From Candidatus Helarchaeota archaeon (GTDB lineage Archaea > Asgardarchaeota > Lokiarchaeia > Helarchaeales > RDOG01): DNA of 24,312 nt. The translations under genes and the position numbers were made by a program. Position 1 is the stretch's first letter. Each line of letters opens with the position of its first letter. This document shows, piece by piece, positions 1 to 8,033 of the stretch. The stretch lies in NCBI GenBank assembly GCA_029838215.1, contig JALGVI010000046.1, forward strand, positions 1-24,312, read 5' to 3'. The notes under the pieces were generated by a model that searched no databases, was not told the DNA's origin, and saw only the letters and a program-made list of their open reading frames with translations.

Positions 1-98
1 TCGTGAGTAATATTCATATAATTTATTTCGATTCATTAAACAAATTCTTGAACGAGAAACGAAGGTTTGGCAAAAAGATCAAAATGCAGGATATTTCT

Positions 99-103
99 GG
101 TGA
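99..103 (+). promoter_or_regulatory. Shine-Dalgarno GGTGA 5 nt upstream of the putative ATA start of moaA
   Basis: GGTGA at 99-103. The same motif lies 6 nt before the ATG at 4920 on the minus strand. Confidence 0.5.
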
Positions 104-108
104 TATAA

Positions 109-981
109 ATAAAGTTAATTGATGCCTATAATCGTAAAATTTCTCGACTTCGCATTTCCGTAACGAGTCAATGTAATCTTAATTGTAGCTATTGCCATCG
201 TGAAGGTAATTCAAAAACTGTTAGTAATTCTTACCTAACGATGGAGCAAATTCACAAATTATGTCAGATCGTTCAAGAATTCGAAATTAACAGCGTGAAA
301 ATTACTGGGGGAGAGCCATTATTACACCCTCAAATCGTTGATATCATTCGTTGTTTCAGGCAGATACCTACCGTGAGGGACATTTCACTCGTAACTAATG
401 GTTTACTGTTGGAAGGAATGGTTGAAGATTTAAAGAGTGCAGGTCTTGACAGGTTAAACATTGGATGCGACTCCATTGAGGACGAACGTTTTAAAACAAT
501 AAAAAACATTGAAGGTGCTCTTGAGAAAGTCAAGAATGTGGGCTTTAAAGCAGTGAAGTTGAACATGGTCATCCTGAAGGATGTAAATCAGGACGAAATT
601 GCTACAATGATCGAAACGTGTCGAAAACACGACATAATCTTACAACTCATCGAGCTGATTAATTCGAATGACGATTTTTACAAGAAATACCACGTTAATT
701 TGGACGATGTTGAAACTGAACTTGGAAAGAGGGCAATAAAAGTCGTGACGAGAAGTCTCCATCATCGAAAGCAATATCATTTGGAAGAGGGCGTGATAGT
801 TGAGGTCGTGAAACCCGTTCATAATTCTGATTTTTGTGCAAACTGTCACACTCTTCGGGTGACGAGTGATTTTAGTTTTTTGCCTTGCTTGAATAGAAGC
901 GACCTACAAATTCCGATTAATGATGATGTAAAAGAGTCCTTAAGGGCTGCCATGAAAAATCGGATTCCATTTTGCCGTTAA
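109..981 (+). CDS. moaA: GTP 3',8-cyclase MoaA (radical SAM, molybdopterin biosynthesis); the frame extends upstream of the ORF-track start at 241
   Basis: Frame 1 is open from 109 (after TAA at 106-108) and reads IKLIDAYNRKISRLRISVTSQCNLNCSYCHREG, the typical MoaA N-terminus with CxxxCxxC. Downstream motifs: KITGGEPLL, TNG, and C-terminal CANC-x13-C. The start codon is uncertain (ATA at 109). Confidence 0.88.
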   Translation: MKLIDAYNRKISRLRISVTSQCNLNCSYCHREGNSKTVSNSYLTMEQIHKLCQIVQEFEINSVKITGGEPLLHPQIVDIIRCFRQIPTVRDISLVTNGLLLEGMVEDLKSAGLDRLNIGCDSIEDERFKTIKNIEGALEKVKNVGFKAVKLNMVILKDVNQDEIATMIETCRKHDIILQLIELINSNDDFYKKYHVNLDDVETELGKRAIKVVTRSLHHRKQYHLEEGVIVEVVKPVHNSDFCANCHTLRVTSDFSFLPCLNRSDLQIPINDDVKESLRAAMKNRIPFCR

Positions 982-1010
982 AAAATTGATGAAAAGTCCA
1001 GCTAGTTGTC

Positions 1011-1018
1011 TATTTTTT
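1011..1018 (+). terminator. possible oligo-T terminator after moaA
   Basis: TATTTTTT about 30 nt after the stop; archaeal terminators are often oligo-T tracts. Confidence 0.25.
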
Positions 1019-1094
1019 AGTTGTTTCCGCGTTACAGATCCGTTAAATAATCCTTGATTTAAATGCGTTTCATTTTTAGTTCATTTCCAACTTA

Positions 1095-1109
1095 GAAAAA
1101 ATTTAAATA
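1095..1109 (+). promoter_or_regulatory. archaeal BRE + TATA box of the wtpABC operon
   Basis: GAAAAAA (1095-1101) directly followed by TTTAAATA (1102-1109), about 55 nt upstream of the wtpA ATG. Confidence 0.65.
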
Positions 1110-1117
1110 TATTTTCG

Positions 1118-1141
1118 CGTTGTGGACGACTGTACATAACG
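1118..1141 (+). promoter_or_regulatory. ModE-box-like operator overlapping the predicted transcription start
   Basis: CGTTGTGGA-CGACTG-TACATAACG versus the ModE consensus CGTTATATA-N6-TATATAACG: right arm 8/9, left arm 6/9, same 24-bp span. Confidence 0.6.
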
Positions 1142-1164
1142 AACAATAAAATGAGGCAAAAGCA

Positions 1165-2262
1165 ATGTCTCTTAAAATATCGTGGCTAGAAAGACATTGG
1201 GTAAAAATTGCAGCTATTGGGATAATCGTTGCTGTTGTAGGGTCCATAATCGGAATATCGAGCTACATTTTCATTCAGTCAAGCACGAAACTTCATTTTC
1301 AGGTATTTCATGCGGGGTCATTAACCATTCCTTTTGGTAGTTATGCTACTATTTGGATGGCTTCTCATCCTGAATACTTGATTGACAATGAAGCATATGG
1401 AAGTGCGACTGCCATCAGGCAAATAACCGAAAACGGGAGACTTGCCGATCTTTTGGGTTCTGCAGATTACACCTTGATTAAAACCATGATGATGGGCGTT
1501 GACATGGGAAACGGTCAAAAATATGCGGATTGGTACATCATCACATCAACGAATTCAATGGCTCTTGCATACGTTGAAGCAAATAATCCACCGCATTTAA
1601 GTGAGTTAAAAACGGGAACGAAGAAGTGGTATCACGTGTTAAACGGAACCGACGTGACGTTTGGTCGTGCAGATCCCTATCAAGATCCCTGTGGTTATCG
1701 CACGTTGATGGTCTGGGGATTGGCTGATGATTATTACATTAACAATACTTCAAATGAGATAAATGGTTCAATGTTTGCAAAAGATCCGCTGGTTGGATAT
1801 GGTGGTCCTGGTGCAACCGTCGTGAAAGGAAAGGAGGTCGATTTGATTTCTTCATTACAAGCTGGCGAGATCGACTATCTTTTTATCTATACATCCGTGG
1901 CCGTTCAACAAAGCCTGAATTACTTGGAATTCGATGATCATTTAGATTTAAGCAATGCAACTTTAAAGGAATTTTATGCAAATTGCACTGTCCATCGAGA
2001 AAGTCCATTAATTCCCGGCGCAAAAGCATCGGACATTACGGCTGCTCCAATTGAATATGGAATAACCATACCTAACAATGCTCCACATCCCGTACAAGCA
2101 ATAGCGTATGTTGAGTTCATCCTTCAAAATCCGCAAATCTGGATTCAGAATGGACAGGACCCATATTCTACGGGTGCTTCGCTTTCAAAATATCCCACGA
2201 ACAATGTAGCCTTGCTCCCTTCGCAATTGCAGCCTTATTGCATTGATAATCCGAGTCCTTAA
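1165..2262 (+). CDS. wtpA: tungstate/molybdate ABC transporter substrate-binding protein (WtpA type)
   Basis: N-terminal TM anchor; FHAGSL, EAYGSATAIRQI, SADY, GRADPYQDPCGYR and KEVDL motifs, including the Asp and Glu ligands typical of WtpA. Confidence 0.9.
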   Translation: MSLKISWLERHWVKIAAIGIIVAVVGSIIGISSYIFIQSSTKLHFQVFHAGSLTIPFGSYATIWMASHPEYLIDNEAYGSATAIRQITENGRLADLLGSADYTLIKTMMMGVDMGNGQKYADWYIITSTNSMALAYVEANNPPHLSELKTGTKKWYHVLNGTDVTFGRADPYQDPCGYRTLMVWGLADDYYINNTSNEINGSMFAKDPLVGYGGPGATVVKGKEVDLISSLQAGEIDYLFIYTSVAVQQSLNYLEFDDHLDLSNATLKEFYANCTVHRESPLIPGAKASDITAAPIEYGITIPNNAPHPVQAIAYVEFILQNPQIWIQNGQDPYSTGASLSKYPTNNVALLPSQLQPYCIDNPSP

Positions 2263-2268
2263 ATTCAG

Positions 2269-2279
2269 TTTATTTTTTT
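2269..2279 (+). terminator. possible partial oligo-T terminator between wtpA and wtpB
   Basis: TTTATTTTTTT just after the wtpA stop; could give excess binding-protein mRNA. Confidence 0.25.
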
Positions 2280-2300
2280 AAAATTCAGGAGGAATCATGA

Positions 2301-3125
2301 ATGAATAAAAAGCTCCAAAATATTCTGTGGCGGATTCAAAAATATGGAACAATCTCCATCGTAAGTTTAATTTTATCCATAGTCCTTATCATCTTGCTTT
2401 TCACGCCAATATTTCAAATCTTCTTCACGGAATCTCCGCTGACGTTATTTATCACGTTTCAGACGCAATACGTGCTTGAGGCGATTTTTAATTCGTTCTT
2501 ATGTTCTTTTCTATCAACAATTCTTGCGATTGTTCTGGGCATTCCGCTCGCCTTTATTTTGGCGAATTATGAATTTCCGGGGCGCAACGTGCTGGATTCG
2601 TTACTCGACCTTCCTCTATTAATCCCGCATTCTGTTGCCGGGATAATGCTCTTGAGTGTATTTGGTCAGAACGGCATTTTCGGACAGTTTTTTGCCATTT
2701 TTGGGATTTATTTCTTTGACACGTATTGGGGAATTACCATCGCAATGTTTTTTGTCAGTTCTCCAATTTTAATTAAAGGAATGAGAGATGCATTTCGCAA
2801 GATCGATCCAAATTATGAAAAAGCCGCCAGAACACTGGGTGCTTCTCGGACGAGAGCTTTTTTTGACGTGACTTTCTTGCTTAGCACGCAGGACTTACTA
2901 TCGAACTCGATGCTTTGTTGGGCAAGAGGTCTCTCTGAATTTGGTGCCATTTACGTGCTTGCTTCAGTGCCCGCAACTGGCGCAACCCTGATCTATTATG
3001 TCTATTCTGGCAGTGGTCTAAACGCTTCACGTCCCATCGCGATCACGCTCATTCTCATTTCCATAATGATATTTTTGGTACTTAAAGGAATAGAATATAT
3101 TGCAAAAAGGAATCACGACGAATAA
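2301..3125 (+). CDS. wtpB: tungstate/molybdate ABC transporter permease
   Basis: Multiple TM helices; LDLPLLIPHSVAG; EAA loop YEKAARTLGASRTRAF; WARGLSEFGA; AGGAGG RBS at 2287-2292. Confidence 0.9.
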   Translation: MNKKLQNILWRIQKYGTISIVSLILSIVLIILLFTPIFQIFFTESPLTLFITFQTQYVLEAIFNSFLCSFLSTILAIVLGIPLAFILANYEFPGRNVLDSLLDLPLLIPHSVAGIMLLSVFGQNGIFGQFFAIFGIYFFDTYWGITIAMFFVSSPILIKGMRDAFRKIDPNYEKAARTLGASRTRAFFDVTFLLSTQDLLSNSMLCWARGLSEFGAIYVLASVPATGATLIYYVYSGSGLNASRPIAITLILISIMIFLVLKGIEYIAKRNHDE

Positions 3126-3127
3126 CC

Positions 3128-4183
3128 ATGTTAAAAATTAAAGACGTTTCAAGAGAATGGAAAAAATTCTCCTTGAAAAAGATAAATCTCGAAATAAAAG
3201 AAGGGGAATTCTTCGTCATTTTGGGTCCTTCTGGAGCGGGCAAGACTTTATTGTTGGAAATAATTGCGGGCTTGCATGAACTTGATGAAGGTCGGGTTTT
3301 TTTTGACTCGAGAGATATCACGCTAATGCCTCCCGAAAAGAGAAAGGTCGGGTTTGTCTTTCAGGAATTTGCACTATTCCCCCACATGAAAGTTTGGAAG
3401 AATATAGTCTATGGATTAAATCGTTCAAGCGAAAAATTATCATTTGATGAGAAGTTGCACCTTGTCGAAGAAGTCATGGAATTACTGGACATAAAAGGTC
3501 TCGAAAAAAGGCGTCCAAATACCCTAAGCGGAGGCGAAAAACAAAGAGTTGCTCTAGCCCGCGTCCTTATCATAAAACCAAAAATCTTGCTAATGGATGA
3601 GCCGCTTTCATCACTCGATCACAATACAATGCTCAGGCTCAAGGATGAAATCAAAAAAATTCAAAGGACACTAAAAATCACGACCGTATACGTAACGCAT
3701 AATCGTTTAGAAGCATTTACGCTTGCGGATAGGATTGCGATAATGCAAGATGGTGAGATAATCCAAGTGGGAACCGCCGAAGATATTTTCCGTGATCCCA
3801 AAAATGAGTTCGTGGCTAAATTTATCGGATTCGACAATATCTATCGAGGGAACTTGAAGTACGATGGCAAACATCACATGGGCGATTTCGACACGGGTCA
3901 AATAAAATTACGCGTGGCATCGGAGCGTGAGGGCGAACGCGTTGCCTGTATTCGACCTGAAGACATCATCATCTCTGAACAGCCTCCAAATACCAGCATG
4001 AGAAATGTTTTCGAAGGAAAAATTGTCGAGATTCAAGATCAAGGGACATTTGTCCGAATCATTGTAGACATTGGTGAAAAAATCACCTCCTACATAACCC
4101 ATCAATCCCTTGTTGAGTTAAAATTAAAAGAAAATAGTACCGTTTTTCTCAGTTTTAAAGCCAATGCCATAAAGATCCTTTAG
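3128..4183 (+). CDS. wtpC: tungstate/molybdate ABC transporter ATP-binding subunit with TOBE domain
   Basis: Walker A GPSGAGKT, signature LSGGEKQR, Walker B LLMDEP, H-loop VTHN, C-terminal TOBE (RNVFEGKIVEI...FKA). Confidence 0.9.
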   Translation: MLKIKDVSREWKKFSLKKINLEIKEGEFFVILGPSGAGKTLLLEIIAGLHELDEGRVFFDSRDITLMPPEKRKVGFVFQEFALFPHMKVWKNIVYGLNRSSEKLSFDEKLHLVEEVMELLDIKGLEKRRPNTLSGGEKQRVALARVLIIKPKILLMDEPLSSLDHNTMLRLKDEIKKIQRTLKITTVYVTHNRLEAFTLADRIAIMQDGEIIQVGTAEDIFRDPKNEFVAKFIGFDNIYRGNLKYDGKHHMGDFDTGQIKLRVASEREGERVACIRPEDIIISEQPPNTSMRNVFEGKIVEIQDQGTFVRIIVDIGEKITSYITHQSLVELKLKENSTVFLSFKANAIKIL

Positions 4184-4920
4184 ACGCATTCATCTTGTAA
4201 TTTCCGTCCGAAAAAAGGGCATTTTTCCTTCTCGCATTTATCGTTCATCGGTGAAAAACGACAAGACTTGGGATCGAAATCGATCTTGCAATCAAAGTGT
4301 TCTTTAATGGTTGTAAGTGCCTCGCAAATCCCGTACTTCACGGATCTCTTGCAACAATGTTCCAAATCATCTGCATTTCGAGCCAAAGCCCTTGAAGTCG
4401 TCCGATTTGCAATTGAACGCGGAATATCTTTTGAAGGTGTCGCCCCCATGAACACGCTCATTGCTATTCCTGAACCGACACATGCTCCACAATTCCCATA
4501 AAAACCGCACCATCCTCCTGGTATTTTACTACCGCGTCTCATCGCCTCCATCACGTGCTTATTCGTCGCGACTTCACCGAGCTGATTCTTACATTTCAGA
4601 TTCTTTAAACTCGTCATGACGACTGCTGGAACGAGTGCGTGATGTTCCGGGCCGTACACCTTAAAATTTGGGTGTTTCATTATCTCGTCGGCAATTTCAA
4701 AAGGATCTATTAAGTCCGTGGTTCCGCAAAAATCTGCAATGACATCTAATGCTCCTTTGGCATGACATTCATCACAAATGTAATGACCATTCGGACAAAT
4801 GATTTGGGTTTCTTTTTCTTCCTTGCAAAAATAACATTCTGCTTTCGTGATCTTGTCGTGTTCCGTGATCAGCGTGAGATTCTCACCGCAAATCTCACAT
4901 TTATCGTGCTCTTCAATCAT
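4180..4920 (-). CDS. Cys-rich DUF5714-like metal-binding protein
   Basis: N-terminal CxxC pairs (CEICG, CYFC, CPNGHYICDECH); GPEHH, GGWCGFYGNCGACVG, CCKRS and terminal C-x7-C-x4-CPFF as recalled for DUF5714; GGTGA RBS; stop codon overlaps the wtpC stop. Confidence 0.75.
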   Translation of the reverse strand: MIEEHDKCEICGENLTLITEHDKITKAECYFCKEEKETQIICPNGHYICDECHAKGALDVIADFCGTTDLIDPFEIADEIMKHPNFKVYGPEHHALVPAVVMTSLKNLKCKNQLGEVATNKHVMEAMRRGSKIPGGWCGFYGNCGACVGSGIAMSVFMGATPSKDIPRSIANRTTSRALARNADDLEHCCKRSVKYGICEALTTIKEHFDCKIDFDPKSCRFSPMNDKCEKEKCPFFGRKLQDECV

Positions 4921-4953
4921 TAACCGTCACCGTTTTTCCTTTTGAGGGGAAAT

Positions 4954-4981
4954 AAAATTCAAGATAGCAAAATTCAAGATA
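4954..4981. repeat. perfect 13-bp direct repeat AAAATTCAAGATA, two copies
   Basis: Copies at 4954-4966 and 4969-4981 separated by GC, in the divergent intergenic region. Confidence 0.85.
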
Positions 4982-5063
4982 TACAAAGTCTAAATGAATT
5001 TTATGACATGATATCGTCAAATAATGATGCTTTTTTTTATGGGAAAAAAACACATGTTAATCT

Positions 5064-5456
5064 GTGACACAATTAAATTTTATTTTAGATGAGGAAAAAA
5101 AACAACGGATCAAGGAATTGATTGAATCTAAAAAATATAAGTCTATTAGCGATTTCATTCGTAGTGCTATTATAGAGAGATTAAAAATTGAAGAAACATC
5201 GGGACTGAAAAACAAAAATATAGTGATTCCTGACTGGATTCCTGATGGTAAATTCGTGGCAATCGTCTGGGGGGCAATTGTTGCTGTGGGAGATACCGCT
5301 GTCGAAGTAACGAGGGAATCGGTTGCGAAATTTCCCGATGGCTCATGGGTCATTAAAAGGAAAGGAAAATCCGTTAAAATTCCAGAATATATTTATGGGA
5401 CTTATATGGTTTTATTTTCGTGCAATGGCGTGGATCAGGTTCATCATTGGGAATGA
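5064..5456 (+). CDS. ribbon-helix-helix (CopG/MetJ-like) domain fused to a DUF5678-like domain; possibly 3'-truncated
   Basis: GTG start; MTQLNFILDEEKKQRIKELIESKKYKSISDFIRSAI fits RHH; GKFVAIVWGAIVAVGD fits DUF5678; the last 45 nt overlap the convergent gene. Confidence 0.7.
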   Translation: MTQLNFILDEEKKQRIKELIESKKYKSISDFIRSAIIERLKIEETSGLKNKNIVIPDWIPDGKFVAIVWGAIVAVGDTAVEVTRESVAKFPDGSWVIKRKGKSVKIPEYIYGTYMVLFSCNGVDQVHHWE

Positions 5457-6410
5457 GATATTTTCGGCATTATATCCTTTTTTATACAGGTACAGGGCAA
5501 GTTCGGATATTCTTTTATCGTGAATTTTCTTATCTTTCCCAACGTTTTGCACTATCTTTTCTAACACGTCGTCTGTGAGCGTGATGCTTTCTCGAGCCTT
5601 GCGATCTCCTTTTTGGTCGAATGGAGAAATCTCGTGGTGGATGACTTTAACAGCACTCTTAATTTTTATTAGATGGATTAGGTCTTCCAGAACATCTTCT
5701 GATTCCGTTTTCAGGCTAAAACGTTCTTTGAGCAGTTCTTTTAATTCGTCTTCTTCTCTGGCGGCATATTTCATTCCTTGTTCTGCCAGAATTTCTGCAA
5801 TACTATCTAACCAGTATGTTTCCTTTGAAAATCCTGGCAAATTTGGCTTTTTGGGTTCGATGAGCAACGCTCTGATGAGCTTGTCGAGTTCTACTCTTAT
5901 TGCGGTAAGGTTGATGGCAGAAGTTTCAACTTCTGTCTTTGTTATGTACATCTCGATGAGTGCTTTTACAAGATTTCCCAGCGTGTATCCTATGATTTCA
6001 CTATCCTTGAGGTCTGGGATGGAGTCTGCTCCGTATTCTCGTGTTGCTCCAGCAGTACTTTCCATTTCCTTATATTCATCTTCCAATTTTGCATATTCGT
6101 TGTTTACAACTATTTCAATCAATTTTTTTGAAACGATAAGGCTTGCCTTGTAAGCATCGGTGACGTTCGGTAGCTCAATTCTTCCAATTATTTTTAGGAG
6201 CTTGAATAGTTTTGTTTTAAGCATGTGCAGGTTTTCCGGTTCTGCAAGGAGATTATACAGGAATTCTTTTGCAAAATTCAAGTAATTTTCATCGGTTATT
6301 TTCGCAATTTCTATGCCGTAATGCATGTCAAGCAATTTATTTCCAATTTCCGGAAAATCTTTTGCGATTTTTAAGAATGCTTTTTGAAGAGCTTGATAGT
6401 TTTGTCCCAA
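5412..6410 (-). CDS. hypothetical alpha-helical protein
   Basis: 332-aa ORF, TTG start with AGGAGG RBS, protein-like composition; no family recognised. Confidence 0.75.
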   Translation of the reverse strand: MGQNYQALQKAFLKIAKDFPEIGNKLLDMHYGIEIAKITDENYLNFAKEFLYNLLAEPENLHMLKTKLFKLLKIIGRIELPNVTDAYKASLIVSKKLIEIVVNNEYAKLEDEYKEMESTAGATREYGADSIPDLKDSEIIGYTLGNLVKALIEMYITKTEVETSAINLTAIRVELDKLIRALLIEPKKPNLPGFSKETYWLDSIAEILAEQGMKYAAREEDELKELLKERFSLKTESEDVLEDLIHLIKIKSAVKVIHHEISPFDQKGDRKARESITLTDDVLEKIVQNVGKDKKIHDKRISELALYLYKKGYNAENISFPMMNLIHAIARK

Positions 6411-6458
6411 AATTCTTTCCTCCTTAAAGAGGCATGTTTTATTTTAGGAGCCGTTTTG

Positions 6459-6466
6459 TTTTATAT
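6459..6466 (-). promoter_or_regulatory. possible TATA box for the 5412-6410 gene
   Basis: ATATAAAA on the minus strand about 50 nt upstream of the TTG. Confidence 0.35.
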
Positions 6467-6496
6467 GTTTAGGTTAACAAAATCTGAGAGGAATTT

Positions 6497-8017
6497 TTAA
6501 TGCTTGCTTTTATTACGATAGATTCGGAACAGTCCCACGTGTAAAAGTTTAAAAAGCAGATTTCGTAGAAACTTTGCTTCATTAATAAAATTTACTTGGT
6601 TGTAGAACTTATTTTTTCCAAAAATAGTGTGTGAGGACAATCGTTCCAGTACCATTATATCGTGTTTTAAGAGTTCTTCCATCAATGTCCAATGATATCT
6701 GGTCATGTTTTCAAGTATGAATCGTCCTCTCTCTGCAGTCGAATAAATCTGCATTGGAACGTAAATAAAAGGAATAAAAAAGCCCCATTCGTGATCAAGT
6801 CTTTTTAGTAAGGATAATGTGTCTTTAACATCATCATCTTCTTCGCCGGGTAGCCCCATTATGACTGTTGAAACAGGTAGCCATCCGTGTTTTTTCATGA
6901 TTTTAATGGCTCCCAATACTACTTCTTGCCATTCTGAAGGTTTAAAAAGGGGACTACATTTGTGCTTGAAATGTTTCTCCATTAATTTAGTAGAGGCTGT
7001 TTCCAATCCTACTTGTATCACGTTTTCTTTTTTCTTATCTCGGTTAAGCTTGTTTGTTATTTTCTTTACCAAATCAGGATCGTTATAGAATGCCGTGAAA
7101 GTCGTGCTTGTAAAATTTATGTCCCGAATTCCAACATCGTGAAGTCCATCTATTAAGTTTGAGAGTGCTTCCCATTCCGTGAGGAAATTACTTGAACCGT
7201 ATCGAAATGCATCCTCCGATTGAAGGGTTATTGACTTGTATCCTGCATCGACGTGCAAGCGAGCATCGTGGAGAATTTTTTCCATTCGAATAGAGCGCAT
7301 TTTTCCTATTGGACCTTCCGGACAAAACTTGCATCCACGACCGCAACCTCGTGATATCTCAATAACTTTTGTATTTACAGGTCCCAATAATTTTGGTATG
7401 CTTTCAGGATTTGCAGGCTTTCCGAATTTTTCAAATTCCGTAATATCGTTACCATCTTCAATAATCTCTGAGAAAAATGGTGGGACGATATTTTCAGCTT
7501 CACCTCGAAAGACGTAATCAATGCCGCAGTAATTCGCAACAGATTTTGAGCGAAATTGCCAGGCTCCCGGTCCCCCAAATACGACTTTAAATCCAAATTT
7601 ACGTTTCAACCGCTTAATTTTGTTCATGAGTTTTTCAAACATTATGCTATTAATTGCTCTACCACCGAACATGCTTGTAAAAAGTACCGTGGCAGGAGAA
7701 ATACCCAGAGGATCTTCGGCTGAGATTCCCACGATTTTTGTATCTTCATTAATTTGTCGTTTTAAATGAAGAGGAGAAACGATTTTCGTGTCGTATTCTT
7801 GAAGCTCGGAATAATGAATGATGGCTTCAACCGTTCTCAATGCCGTGGTTCCGCGATTGGGAACTCCGTTTTTATCTACTTCCAAAGGCCTGCAAATACG
7901 TTTGAATAAGGGTAACGGAATGATTGAATTTGGTAATGCTATGAAGAACGTTTTAATTGGAGAAGCATCTAATTTGATTAAAAGTGAAGCATCGGATGTC
8001 AATACAATGTTTGCCAT
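6497..8017 (-). CDS. cobalamin-binding-domain radical SAM protein (COG1032-like)
   Basis: SRGCGRGCKFC radical SAM motif; N-terminal domain with GISAEDPLG, GGPGAWQF and RGEAE; GLET and MGLPGEEDDD. Confidence 0.8.
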   Translation of the reverse strand: MANIVLTSDASLLIKLDASPIKTFFIALPNSIIPLPLFKRICRPLEVDKNGVPNRGTTALRTVEAIIHYSELQEYDTKIVSPLHLKRQINEDTKIVGISAEDPLGISPATVLFTSMFGGRAINSIMFEKLMNKIKRLKRKFGFKVVFGGPGAWQFRSKSVANYCGIDYVFRGEAENIVPPFFSEIIEDGNDITEFEKFGKPANPESIPKLLGPVNTKVIEISRGCGRGCKFCPEGPIGKMRSIRMEKILHDARLHVDAGYKSITLQSEDAFRYGSSNFLTEWEALSNLIDGLHDVGIRDINFTSTTFTAFYNDPDLVKKITNKLNRDKKKENVIQVGLETASTKLMEKHFKHKCSPLFKPSEWQEVVLGAIKIMKKHGWLPVSTVIMGLPGEEDDDVKDTLSLLKRLDHEWGFFIPFIYVPMQIYSTAERGRFILENMTRYHWTLMEELLKHDIMVLERLSSHTIFGKNKFYNQVNFINEAKFLRNLLFKLLHVGLFRIYRNKSKH

Positions 8018-8033
8018 TCTTATTTCTTTCTCC

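Noticed and set aside
1-36. Possible divergent gene start on the minus strand (MNRNKLYEYYSR...) running off the window
   Set aside because: Only 12 codons are visible, with no clear RBS; it cannot be supported.
2297-2308. Mini-ORF ATG AAT GAA TAA overlapping the wtpB start
   Set aside because: Three codons, out of frame; the RBS spacing favours the ATG at 2301.
6418-6431. CCTC-TTTAAG-GAGG hairpin covering the RBS of the 5412-6410 gene
   Set aside because: A 4-bp stem is too weak to call regulatory.
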